Below, in pieces: positions 12,102 through 25,052 of a DNA stretch of 64,000 bases (within the stretch, counting starts at the first letter, position 1; every line of letters starts with the position of its first letter). Under the pieces are notes generated by a model that saw only the letters and a list, made by a program, of their open reading frames with translations, did no database searches and was not told the DNA's origin. Source of the DNA: Balanoglossus misakiensis (Eukaryota > Animalia > Hemichordata). The position numbers and the translations under genes are program-made. The stretch covers positions 2,356,001 through 2,420,000 of the forward strand of contig CM082598.2 of assembly GCA_040954595.2 (NCBI GenBank), read 5' to 3'.

Positions 12102-15100
12102 CTATTCGTTACTTTCACTCACTTCCTTTGTGGGCTCTGCTTCATCACTTGATTTTGTTTGTTCTCTGACTTCTTTGATGATATCAGTGTAGAACGGCGC
12201 AAACACAGCTCGGTTGTGCACAAGAAGCCTCAGGAACTGTCCACTCAGGTCAATGAGTTCTTGATGCATTGGTGCAAGTCCGGCCGGAATCTTCTTCTTC
12301 GGGTCAAACGGCGCAGTGGCTGATATGACAAACCGGAAGAATTCTTTGGTTCTTGAGTCTGGTGAAGAAATGAGAAAGAAACATGATTCTATGTTCAAGA
12401 ATAAACTGTGTGGTTCTAATAATATGCTTCATGAAAATAGAGTAGATAGATCCATATTGTGAAGTTGAGTGTGTTAACTAAACTGAACTGACATTTCCCT
12501 GAGGCTTGAGCCAATGAAGAGTTGTAATGAGAAAGCCTGAGATCTTAAAAATTAAGAATAAAGTATTGATAGTTTTTTATTGAACCTATACATGTACAGA
12601 CTTACCTAAAAGTTTCCGGACAGTGTGTTGTGGATCTTTCATATCCTGGATTTGTTTCTTCAGGGAATTTTCCTTGGATTCCGGCATGGCTGGGAAATCG
12701 TGCTTCGTCAGGCATTCATTGACTTCCTTGCAGATTTGCTCGGCAAGGCTCGTCATGACCTCATCCGTCTCACTGAAAAGAGTGGAAGAAAAAGAGTTGG
12801 ATTCTGAGCTTTTCTGTCAAATATTAAATTTCGTGTAATTGCCCTTTGCTGAATATGTTATGATACAAGAAATTTCTTATCCTGATTCAATTGTACCACT
12901 TGATCTCTCTAAAAGAACTCACCTTTCTCCTTCTAACAGAACATTGATCACATTCTTGAGTTTGTCGACAAACCCCTGAATTCCAGATATGGCAGACCCG
13001 ACTATTGAGTATGTGATCAGCAATATGGATGACACCAACACAAGTCTGTTGGCTTTGTCTCTGATGTCCAAAAATCTGCTTTGGTCCATCAACAGAGTCT
13101 GTACAGTCAAAGAAAAAGAATGATAAATGCTATTAGTAATTTGATTGTCCAGTTTGTGTATGCTTTATGAAGTAAATTCAAAAGACTTGATTGTATAATG
13201 TGATTGGTCTTTCCTGACCTCTGTGTAACATGATTGGTCTGTCATGACCTCTCACCTCTGGGAACAGCTGAGAGTCATCCCACTGCAGCAGATTCAGGTA
13301 TCCCTGATTCAACACCACGGACGCCGGCATATTTGGTGGGGGAGCTGAAGCACTAGCCCCGTCGCTGACGGTCTCCGACGATGACGGTGACCTCGCTTTG
13401 AAAGCCTCTTGGAGTGTACCCACGGAATCCCATGCGGTTTTCAGCCATTGCTTGGTAAACTGTAAACCATCTGTAAGGAGATAAAAACAAATGCATGAAA
13501 CAGTGCATTGCAACCGCTAATGAACTTGACCATGTTTTCCAGGGCTTTTACCAGAACCACATGAACCCTTTACATGTAATTCATGTTATAAAACTCAATG
13601 CTAGACTGACCTACGTCATCCTGCGTCTTCAAGAACTCTTCAAACTTCTTCCGTTCATACTCGATGGAGTGATGCTGTATGTGAGGTCTCATACTCTGTA
13701 TCGTGAAATTGGCCATGTCCAGTTTCATCAGTTCAATTATACGAAAGATTTCTCTGTTGAGGTACAAAACAAAATAATTATCTCTAGTTAGCCTTTGAAT
13801 AATCATCCCTTTCACCACCATTGTTTTCTAAGGGGGTGAAAGGGTTAAAATGTAACCTTTGATCTTAATAAAATCAACCTGTATTTGCCCATAATCTTGT
13901 GAATGACACTGTATAATTTGCATACAATAGTTACAGAACTTACAGCCTTTTCACATGGTATAAAATACAATTCCTTTTATCCTCAAAACAGTAGAAATAT
14001 ACTTTCTTTGACCGGGTTTCTCCTATTTGATAGTGGAGAAGAATTTTCAGTACTCATTTTAACTTACTTGAACAATTCTACAACATCTCTGATCTCTGTG
14101 AGATTCTTGATTTCGTCATCCCTGGCTGGAGCGCACAGCTTGGCCATTATGGAGATGACAAAATTGGCATGTTTGAAGACATCGATGGAGTCATGCTCTG
14201 CCTGTTGTTTGATCAGTTCCAGGTCTAACCTTTCATTGATTTCCGTTCTCAACTTGGTGTGTGCGGGAAGAAGCAGGGATGTCAACTCCTAAAAAAAACA
14301 AAATTTGACAAAATAAAACAAAAGTTAACAAAACAGATGCAAGATGTTTTATATGCTTCTGAAGTCCATGCAAGGCATATCTTGCAGTTCTGTAAAGGTG
14401 AACATCTTTGTAGGATATCACTTGGTTCAATCCAATGTACCTAAGATTATTCTACTTAGTCACAGGGATGAACAGCTTTACGGGAGAGGGACATACCTGT
14501 TTGACTTCTCCGAGCAAGTTCACTGCATATTCATAGTTTGGCGGATCCTCACTGAGTCCAGCCTGCAAGTTATCCCAGAATGCTTTGTGCACGATATCTT
14601 TGATTTGCTTTTCAAGACTGAAATGAAAATGAGACATTTCTAAAATAATGGACTAAAATAATAATCATCAGTTCTTGTGACAGTATTTGAAAGTTCTCTT
14701 TCAATTTGGATTCAAAAGTTACGGGTAAATAACCAAGCACATTTTTACATCCGATTTCAATCAAATTGCTCATCATTTCACAGGACTGACTCTATTTCTC
14801 TGCAACAGAGTATCAAATGTAGAAAAACTATCAACTTACGATGCTTCTGGTAGTTCAGTTGCCTTCAGAGTAAAGTTGTTGTCCACTGCTATTTCGTGCG
14901 CCAACACCATGTTACCAACTCCACTTGCAGCAGCCATGATTTCATCAATGGAAGGAAACTTGGGTGGAGAGGCTGTGAATTTGTGAATTGCATACTTATT
15001 TTAGTCAGTTGAAGAAAATAAATGATGCGTGAAAGAAGAGACAGAAATATTGTCTCTAAGTAAAAACTTATTTAAGGCATCTGCTATTCGTACCTTGTGG

Positions 15101-15265
15101 GGTACCCCTGGGACTTAACCCTGGACTTGGTGATCTCAGCCGCTGTCTTTTCCTGAACACTTCTCCCTCGCCTGAGGAGTTCAGTTCATGAGATTCATCA
15201 GACGAAGCCCCTTTAGCTTCATGATGCTCAACATCCTCGGGATCATTCTTTTTATCTAATGGCAT
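12102..15265 (-). CDS. TCP11L1: T-complex protein 11-like protein
   Basis: About 9 exons (15265-15093, ~14972-14820, ~14617-14497, ~14288-14068, ~13756-13612, ~13471-13256, ~13099-12923, ~12771-12606, ~12358-12102). Tcp11 motifs: [70 protein letters not shown] probable non-coding first exon lies near 16050-16140. Confidence 0.9.
13807..13848. mobile_element. Internally deleted copy of the TTAA/CCCTTTCACC MITE
   Basis: ccctttcacc...ggtgaaaggg-ttaa has the same termini as the copies at 22017 and 23290. Confidence 0.65.
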
Positions 15266-17104
15266 CTTTAGATGGGCTTTTGCTGTATTTTGTTCTGCAA
15301 ATAAATCACATTATAAGACTTTCATTAGGAAAAAGCGTTATGCATTGTTTGCTCAGTTGATAAACAAGACAATAACCCACTTGTGTGAGTAGAATAATTA
15401 TATGTTTTAAAAGTGTGTGACAATAAATAAAAATAGACCAGTCCAAGCCCAAGCAAACATGATCAGACATATATACAGATACATGTACTGTGTAGTCACT
15501 TTTCCATAGTACATGTATCACATCAAATTTACATGTTAAATTCTATTCAAATTACCAACTTTAGAAAACCATGCAATTCAAATGTTTTACATACAATTAA
15601 TGGATAGTGAAAAGATACACTAAACAGGCCATTAGGCATTAATGTCAAAGTGAACCTTCTGCTGGAAAGTTGTAAACAACTCCGACCTTGAAATCTAGAT
15701 ATTTGACCTTCATTCACCGGTCAATACATAACATGAACACCAGGAAATATACCAGAAATTCAGGACAACCTTCCAAAAGAATTTGACCTCAAAACTATCC
15801 TGTACCATCAATATAATTACTAAAAGATGTTGTGATATATAAGTTGAATGTATAAATACAGAAAATTAACTAAGTCTGATATCAACATGGACGAATTTCC
15901 TTTGTTCTGAAAAACCAATAAAGAAGGCAAATGTACACAATCTTAAGTTCTTCTTAGAGAATGTTAAGATCATACATTTAATTATAATTCATAGCTAACT
16001 ATTATAATTAAGGAAAAAATTACAAAAAATAGGATCCACACGTACCTTACGCTAACAGGGTTTGAAATATTATGTTACGAGAAAATCCACTTTATATTTC
16101 AGTCCTTCATCAGCTGATTGTGATGTAAACAAAGCCTACCAGCTGAATTGTTAGCAGATGGCGCAGTGACCAAAACACTGAATTTGAATATTATAATCAT
16201 GTCAATTACTACTGTATTGGTACACTCTGGACTCTGCCATTTTCTATGGGGGTGTCTCGCCGGGTATTGTTTCAACTACAGAATGGGACAGTAAAGTTTT
16301 GATCTATGCATTCACCTGTAAATTTCCCTTTTGTTAAATTCAGACAAGGTTCCTTTAGTGGTGATTCATTTCATATATATGATTTACCTCTGTAAATGCG
16401 CTATTTGCAGAAATAAACTCTAAATTTAGTACAGGATGTTTACTCTCGAAACGGACCACTGAAATAATGAAAATACCTCTTGTGTCTGGATACGATCCAG
16501 GGAAAAATACGCAGTATAAATTAAGCTGCAGTACCATAGTTCGAGGTTTTTCCCTTGGGGCCGGCTGGACGACTAAGCCAAGCCCCGGGTAAAACCTCTG
16601 GCTACGCTACTGCAGCTATACAAAGATGCCAAGCTCAACAAGTGAAACTTTCGAGAAATAAATTACATTACGTATGCAAATGTCCGTTGACTTTCATATA
16701 TTTTATTGATTTATTTTCCTGGTCGATTACGACGTTTGAGATATGTACAGCTTCTTGAAAAATTCGTTTTGAATTTTGCACACCATGAGATTATCTGAAC
16801 CTGGCTTCAAATATTTTGTTTGGCACAGCTAGCTGAGAGTGTGTATATTTCATCTGTATTGGGTTTCTGTACATTTTAGTGATTAACATTTATGTGCATT
16901 GCAAACTATTGCTCCACTAACCTTATGCTTGAAACCGTCGACTTAGGACGCCTGAAAATACTTTCATGTACTCTTGTCGAAGATTCTGTTACTAACTATA
17001 AAGTATTTCGCTTGATTAACCTTTTATATAGAAGTGGAAGTTTCCAGAAAGCCCTCGATCAATGCATTTCAATGCGGTGATTCCTCAATCGATGAGCTCA
17101 TACT

Positions 17105-17126
17105 TTGTTTACGGAAATGACGTCAG
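17105..17126. promoter_or_regulatory. ETS-CRE-like composite site between divergent TCP11L1 and RWD-RING genes
   Basis: CGGAAATGACGTCA with a full CRE at 17118-17125, preceded by TGTTTAC. Confidence 0.4.
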
Positions 17127-18201
17127 GCATCCTCGTTCGCATTTTTGTTTGCAGCAAGTTAGGAATTTCTTCTGTATAGACACGAAATACATTCGACACA
17201 TTCAAAAATAAGGTTGACTACACAATAATTAGTTAAATTATGTGTAGCGGAGTATTATTCTTGATTTCACGAATTAATGTATAATAATCCTTGGAAATAA
17301 GCAGGATAGCATAGGTATCCCTAACTTATTCTCTTTACTTTAACAACAGTCTACCAGTGAAGAAATATGTCATTTAAAACAAGGGTTACTTCATCGGACA
17401 GGAATTTTAAATTAAGAGCAGCTTTGTAAAATCTTTCTCTTTGAATTTATCGTAAACTGTATATAAATGGTATATTTATACATAACGATCTATGAAAAAT
17501 AGTTTGCTTGAGGCTGCCATATTATCTCTTACTGACATGACCGGTGTTGATTTCGCAAGATGGAACTGAGGTGAGCGATCTGAGCTGATTTCCCCCTTTT
17601 GTGTTTTGATTTCTATAAATGTCGAACGTCGTGGATCTATCTAGTTTTATCATTGATAAATCAACCTTTTGAAAGCAAGAAAATCAGTATAAATTGCACT
17701 ATTACCGGTGTTGATATACTCCTGGTTGACGTCGTAGTTGGCGCTGCTACATGTACAGTGAGACTGGTGTGTTGATATCATGATCAGTCCTGGAGACATC
17801 CTTGTGGTCTTTCGTCCAGGAAGGTTTTAGAAGCAGCTGCACACTATTTTCGAACCTTGTGATAATACCATAATAACATGTTATCATTCGGTCAACGCCC
17901 ACAATGTGCCCCAATATTAAATGACCGTGTTAGCAAACGAAGAGTTGCAACAATCATACATTACATTACATGTACATTTCATATTCAACATCACTCTGCA
18001 ATATCGACTTCCAAGAGACTACACAACTGATCTTAACGTATTGTAGTTCTGTCACAGTTACTGCATCTGTGGGCAATGTTCTTTCTCTCTCTCACTCAAT
18101 CAAATAACTTAACGCATCAATATTTTGATTGATTTCACCAGGTGACCTTGCATCTTGTATGCAGATAAATTATTTTTTAAAAACAATCAGTTCATCTCAG
18201 A

Positions 18202-20124
18202 ATGGCTGGCAACTCATTTATACCAACGGAGTTGGAAGAATTTAAGAAGAAACTTCAGGCTGAAATCTCAGGAGCTGAACTAATATCATGTCACCCTGTT
18301 TCAGTTAGGATCCGTTTAATGTAAGTATACATATAATCACACACATACATATACACACAGAGCAGATATACATATACTAAGTACTTATACTAAGTACTTA
18401 CAAAGTCGAAACACAACTACCAGATGTTCTCTCCAGATTACTTATTTCTGGGAAATATTGTTCTCACTTCTTTACCTTCCACTTTAAGCATTGATGAGAC
18501 TTGAGCTTTGTTCTTGCCTCCAGTTACCAGTATGTTTCTGAACTTTCTGTTGTTGTTGTTTGTTGTTTACAGAAAGACAAGGCACCGGCAGTGTGATGTA
18601 TGCCTGCAGTTTTCTGAAAATTATCCGGCGACGCCGATTATCGTAGAATTGAAAAGTAAAACGATTCCGTACAAATTGTTGATAGGTCTAACCAAACTCT
18701 GTGATGATGAAGCGAAAAAATTATTGGGGAAAAAACAGGTAAGCAGAATTCAAGATTTGTGTTCTCATAAGTTTGGAAAAAAGCATTATCGACTACCAAC
18801 TCTTATGGGAGATCACTTGAAAAAAACCTTCAAATTCATATACATTGTAAAATGTTTCTATCTCCTTTCAGACTCTACCCATTGTCAAGTTTCTGTGGCA
18901 GTTTTTACAAGACAACCCATTCACAGTGTGCAGTGATGAGTTAAGTTTTATCAAAAAGGAGCTTATCACGGATAAAGATGAAGTCAAAACAAAACAGAAG
19001 TCTGGTGTTGTTACCGTGACGATTAATCAAGATAATTATTACTTTCAAATAAAATTTACAGTTCCAGAAGACTATCCAACTACGCAAGTCAGGTGAGCAG
19101 TGATTCAACTTTGACCCTTCAATCTTCACCTCATCCCTATTTCAGAAGGAATTCGAGCTTAGCACTGGATAAATAAAATAATCTCACTCGTGTATTTTCT
19201 TGATTTACAGTGTAGAAAACAAAGGCACCAATTTTCCACCCCATTTCAGTAGAGTATTTATGAGCCAAGCTATAGAGATGGCCAGACAACAGACACAACC
19301 TCCACTCAAGCGGAGACCCAAGTATGTGAACATTTTCAAACATATTTTCCAACTATGTGAATATTTTTTAAACTTTTTGAATGACTGAATGAGCGAGTGA
19401 CTGACTGACTGTGATGATATTACACAATAAACCTGCAAAAAACATCTTTATATTACAGAGATCCTCCATTCGAACCAAAACCATCATTAAAAGTAGTTGC
19501 GGAGTTTCTTGTGAGGAACTGCATCAGACGGTATCCGAGGGAAGTATGTCAGATATGTAAAGAAAATAGCTTTCCTCCAGATCCAAAGGTATGTGTGAAC
19601 ATTATTTTCTAAATAGTCAAATGATGAAAATCTAAGTGCATCTGCCAGGGTAGACAAACCAGAAATAGTATTGTAGCAATTTTGCCGTCGTTTGGTCAAA
19701 ATTCAAATCCCACAGCTCATCTCTGTTGGAGCCCAATTGAATGTGATAATTTTCATTTTCTCTTTCTTTAGAGTGTGGTAACTGATGAAAACAGTGACAG
19801 ATTTATAGAAAGAGTTTATTGTGGGCATCTTTATCACCATGGATGTCTGGACAAGTACATGAAAACACCTCCTTTTACTGGTAAGTAACAAACAAGGAGT
19901 GATTTTCTAACAGATAGTGATAATACATTATACAGTATTCAGCGACTGATATTCAATTCCCATGGACTTCTATATTCATTGCAGGTGGCAAATTATGTCC
20001 TGGATGCAACCAGAGAATATACCACGGTGAATGGAACATCGCACCCGAGTTGGCCGAAGAGAGATGGGCGCACAAAGAAGCAAAGAAGAGGGAACTTGAT
20101 GAAGTAGTTGATTTTCTAGAATAA
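18202..20124 (+). CDS. Uncharacterised RWD/UBC-like domain(s) + RING-H2 protein, putative E3 ubiquitin ligase
   Basis: Exons 18202-18320, 18573-18738, 18872-19092, 19211-19321, 19459-19588, 19772-19880, 19985-20124 join in frame. Two RWD-like YP motifs (LQFSENYPATP; FTVPEDYPTT) and C3H2C3 ligands CQIC...CGHLYHHGC...CPGC; ends EERWAHKEAKKRELDEVVDFLE*. A possible upstream exon ends at 17570. Confidence 0.85.
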
Positions 20125-20454
20125 CTGCAAATTTCTCTGATTTTTGAATTTATATCAGTTTGTTGTCTTAGTGGTGCAACGACCTTATTAATTTAGGTTG
20201 CGATTTGCACAGTTGATGGGATTGGATGTAACTCCTGCAAACTTTTGAAATTCTCAAAAGTCACATTTTAGTTAGCTCAAAGGGACAAACCCGCTTTTAT
20301 GTTTTTCTGTCTGTAACATTTTATTTTTTCTGCCTAACTGAGAGCCTGCTTATCCTCCTTATTGCAAAGAAATCCATGGCACTTTCTCACAGAATATTGA
20401 TGTAAGAACTTAAATATTTAAAAATAAAACAGGAGAAATTATCTTGGCAACTTC

Positions 20455-23400
20455 CTATGGTTTCTTCTTTTTCTTCTTTTTCTTTGTTCCGCCAACCATC
20501 TGAGAATCCTCCTTGTAAGTAGCTTCAGCATTGGTTTCCATAGTGACATCATCCTCCATAGCAACTGCACCAGAATCTTCCATGGCAACGGTAGTATCAC
20601 TGGATGGTGAACTGGCTGCTGTCTCAACGACCATTCGCTTTCTCTGACCAAAATGATTTGCAACTGAAAAGAAACAAAAAGTTAAGCACCTTTCAGCAAC
20701 AGCACTTCTCAGAAATGTCGAAAGAAGTCTAAACAACCAGCTGACTTTACCTGACGCATACGCCATGATGTCAAACACTCTCAGTCCATCCTTCTCCCCT
20801 CCCGTTACCATGACGAACGGCGAGTCTGGACAGCACTGGACACAGTTAAGAGTTCCCATTTTGAAATCCTTGGACAGTACACATTCTGGCTTGTTATCCT
20901 GGGAAGAAAGAAATAATCCTGGTCACTTGCAAAGAATGATAAGTCTTGCTTTCACCAAAATCATAAAAACATGGAAAGCTCAGAATTGAACATTTCAACA
21001 CCTGATTTCTCATTCAGGTCAAAGTGAAGAATATAATTACATCATAGCTTTCCAGATAAAATTCAATTACTGCATTGAAAAACCTCTTCAATGCTTTAGA
21101 GAAATAAATAATTGAATCTAGCAAAATGCTACATTTGGCAATATCACAAGAATCCTTGCATTACAACAAAAAAATTCAAACACAAAACTTTCTAATTCAC
21201 TGAGGAGCCCTTCTTACCTGAATATCCCAAACTTTGACATGTTTATCAGCAGACGTGGTTACCAGGCAACCAGGTACTTGACTGCTGAGAGTGAGACCAG
21301 TCACGGCTTGCGAGTGTGCAGATAATGTAAATATTGCCTTGTCTTGTCTCACGTCCATGTAATATACAAAGCCTTTGTCTGTGCTGGCCTAGGAAAGACC
21401 ATAAGCAATAAGGCATAAACTAAGGTTTGACAGCACTATGGGATCAACTGATTGATACTGAAGCATAAACTGTTGGAGATGTGTAGTTTCATTCATCACT
21501 GAGAGTAACAGATCCACTCACCAGAAAATGATAAGGTGAAAAGTGATTCCACATGACTCTTTCGATCTCACCATTGAAAGACCAGGTGAGGTGGGATCCA
21601 TCTGTTTTTCGACAGTCAAATACTTTAACATTGCTGAAAGGAATAGACAAATGTCCAAGGTTTATTGCTGGCTACAGAAGCAAAAAAAATTCCCCAACAT
21701 TTCCTATACACATACTTTTATTTTTGAGTTAGAGCTGACAGGTTGAACTTACTTATCAAAACTGCCTGTCAGTAAAGTCTGTGCTTCAAAGGGATGCCAT
21801 TCTACTGTTTGGACCTGCAAGAAAATGACAGAAGACTTAGAGTACAGGAAGGTTGAAAATAAGAAGTATTTTAGATTTGAAACTTTCACATGCTAAAATA
21901 ATTTTCACTCGGTCTGTAACATGTGTAAACATACATAGGTATGTTTGTTATTGTGATACATATTCAGGGGCAGAACTGCAATAATGTTTATTGCTCAATA
22001 GTTGTCAGCTTGCCTTTTAACCCTTTCACCCCTAACTCTCTCTTTAGAGGTACAAACTTATCATAGAAAACAAAGGGTTTGGACTGAACCATGGTGGTGA
22101 GAGGGTTTGTAGTGAATGGTATCTGTCCATACCTTGTCACTGTGTTGCTGGATAACTGATACTGTTTTACCTTGTGATAAATCCCACAAGGCAACAGTGT
22201 GATCAGCTGAAGCACTGGCAATCACATTTCTTGCATGTCTGTTCCAAGACAGATCCAACACAGCATCAGTATGACCGTCCACTTTGTCTCTTGATTTCTG
22301 AAAACAAATAAATGACAAAGAAAAGTCTATTGTGATATTATTTCTTTTCAGATAAAATAACAATGCTTTTATCATCATCTTCATCATCGTCACAATCATC
22401 ATCAACGTCATCATCATCATCATCATCATGACTTTTGAATTGTGACCATTATGAAATTAGCCTGCAAAGTATTACTACATGGAAAATAATTTTACACCCA
22501 TCACTATGGTTACCTTTTTCTTTTTCTTCTTCTTTGTCTGGTATTCCCCCAGCGCCACTACTGGTTCCACGCTGTCAATCAAATCTAAATCCCAGATTTC
22601 AATCACAGGGGTCATGTTACCCACAGCGACAAAATTACCTGAAAATTGGAAAATGCAATATTCATGTTTTCCCTGTGCCTGTTTTGACTTTTTCAGCCTC
22701 AATTTGTACTCAGTGATACTTGGAAGAATTAAGGAAACAACCTGATTTCATCCAAAATACACGTTGCAGCTGTGGGCAGTTCTGACAAACAAACTGATAC
22801 CTGCATTAAGCGGCAGACATCTTGGAACATACCTGGACTACTCTCGCCTGGGTCAAAGTTCAGCCACTCAAGAGCCAATGGAAATGCTGATAACATGATG
22901 TCATGGTGACAATACAGGACATCATCAGCTTCATTGTAAACTGAAAGAAATAATATTTTAAATCGTGTAAAAAAGTCTCTGATTTTTGACTTCTTGAATA
23001 GATAACTTTGTAACTTTTCAAAATTACTTGAACCTGAATTTGTACGTTAAAACATACCGAATACTTCCAGGTTACTGAACTCCTCTTCAGCTTTTCCAAC
23101 AACGATCAAATTATCTGTCGGTTTGATTTCAAAGTCCTCAGTATCCTCATCATCCTGTAGATAATATATCAACATGGAAAAGTAAATGAAAAGACACAAT
23201 ATAAGTCTGTGGTTCATTTTGTTATATATTATTCATTGTTTGATAAAGTGCAAATTATTTTACACCGCTCTGAAAATACTGAACTATGTTTAACCCTTTC
23301 ACCCCCCAGATCCCTCTTTAGAGGTCCAATCTTCCACAGAAAACAAAGGGTTGGGACTGAACCATTGTGGTGACAGGGTTAAATAGATGTACAAAATATT

Positions 23401-23982
23401 AGGGTACCTCATCTTTGACTGTTACGTAGGGATCATCATCATCGTCTGCATACACAGTGAGACCAGCGAGTGAGTCTATCAGAGATCCACTGGCATCACC
23501 TGGAAGATCAAATAGAAGCATAAAAGTCACGGATGATGATAATAATCATCAGCCAAACTATTACATAATTTTGTGCATGACTTTCCCACAATAATTTGTT
23601 ACTTTTGGTGCGTGCACCACTATGTGTTACCTTTGACCCCTCTTTCTGTGTCTATGGTCCAACCTCACCATTGAAAACAACAGGACCGAACCACGATGTA
23701 GCAGTGAAAAAGGTTCAAATTCTCACCAATGTCTGGTTCATCATCATAGGTATCCAATCCATACTCTGCCAGCTCATCATCACCATCAACACTGGCTCCT
23801 CCCATAGCACCCTCGTTCTCCAAACCGCTGTCTTGATCCTCCGTCTCCGCATCCTCCAGATGCTCTTTTGTTTCCTTGATCAGTTTCTCCAGCTGTTCCT
23901 TATCCAGAGCCACTTTATCCGGCACCCGCTTGGCAGCTCCTCTTTTGACCCAGGCAACACAGGGAATGACTGAGCGCACCAT
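20455..23982 (-). CDS. PWP1: Periodic tryptophan protein 1 homolog (WD40, ribosome biogenesis)
   Basis: About 11 exons. N-terminus [10 protein letters not shown], acidic [66 protein letters not shown], Lys-rich C-terminus. Confidence 0.95.
20972..21054 (-). ncRNA. SNORD37: Intronic box C/D snoRNA, SNORD37 (U37)-like, predicted 28S rRNA 2'-O-methylation guide
   Basis: On the minus strand: 9-bp terminal stem TGGAAAGCT/AGCTTTCCA, C box ATGATGT (21045-21039), guide TTCTTCACTTTGAC (21031-21018) complementary to conserved 28S GUCAAAGUGAAGAA, D' CTGA (21017-21014), C'-like ATGAGA, D box CTGA (20983-20980). It lies in a PWP1 intron in sense orientation. Confidence 0.85.
22017..22108. mobile_element. 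~90-bp piggyBac-like MITE (TTAA ends)
   Basis: ttaa-CCCTTTCACC...AGAAAACAAAGGGTTTGGACTGAACCATGGTGGTGAGAGGG; dispersed family in this window. Confidence 0.75.
23290..23382. mobile_element. ~90-bp piggyBac-like MITE with intact TTAA duplication
   Basis: ttaa-CCCTTTCACC...GGTGACAGGG-ttaa; internal sequence similar to the 22017 copy. Confidence 0.8.
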
Positions 23983-25052
23983 CCTCGAAAATGTCCACGT
24001 CTGGCCTTTTACGAAGATATAGTCTTTTTCCTACTGTGACCATTCAACGTTTAAAAGCACAAGTTTCTTGCTTGTGTGGATCTACTGTACGAAAATCCTT
24101 GCAAGTACCTGACAAATTAAAAGAGATAAATTTTGAGGTTCACATGTGACTCCTGGGCTATGAAATATTCAATTCCAAAAGTATGACTTTCATTTGCATT
24201 TTCGGTGTTTTTAAAGTAATATTTTAAGGTTTCCTACTTGATATACATACATACACAAACAATGCTATCTATACACAACTGACTGCATACATTGATCAAA
24301 TTATGTGTAAGTGTGTGGGGTGTTGTCAGTTGCTTCCAGCTGTGGTCATGGTGATACTGGTCTTCCAATAGTGATCTGAGCATATGGGTAACACATATGG
24401 ACTGTCACCATGGGAGGATCACAGTGTACCTCTGTGATATTACCATGGTTGCATCAATGCGTGGAATCCCTGTCATTCACACAAGGAGAACTTTAACCAC
24501 TGATTTCACTTGCTGTGCACAGTGTGTACACAGTACACAGTCAGTCGAGTCAGTAACGCACCAGTGTAACATGTTTACATCGGTTGTTTTATGGTATTTT
24601 CCTTAACGACAATGCCTGACGGTAGAAACGGCTTTGTTAGAATAATATATCATACTCACATTCAAGAAAACGATTTGAATCGGTTGTGGTCAGCTTCTGA
24701 TCAAGTCAACGCACATGTTGCACCGGTGACCTTTAAACGCGGAAGTGTATACCAACTGCATTGTGGGTATGTACTGGGATATGTAAAGGTTACCCCAAGA
24801 GGGCGCTATAAATATATAAAAAGAAGTACAGAGAGAATATTTCACTTGAATAAAAGCTCCCGCAAAGACAGTCTGTCTCGTCAGTGTGGACGGCAACATT
24901 CTGCCCGATCTCGACCAGAATAGTGAAAATAGGTAATGAGGCCAGCTCATTCTAATGTGACGTAATTTATGCACACGTAGACTGTTCCTTCACCATTTTA
25001 AATCACGTGATCTGCTGCTGACGTCACCGGCAACCACTACACACATCAAAGA
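23983..25052. promoter_or_regulatory. Divergent PWP1/ARFGAP2 promoter region
   Basis: Head-to-head genes ~1.07 kb apart; E-box CACGTG at 25004-25009 and CRE TGACGTCA at 25019-25026 just before the ARFGAP ATG. Confidence 0.5.

Noticed and set aside
17775-17845. Hairpin with ATGA resembling a SECIS element
   Set aside because: Lies upstream of the CDS or in a 5' intron, lacks a proper AA loop and GA quartet, and no in-frame TGA is needed in neighbouring genes.
21420-22760. Other C-box-like motifs in PWP1 introns (21493-21499; ~22745)
   Set aside because: No matching D box and terminal stem, or no recognisable rRNA complementarity.
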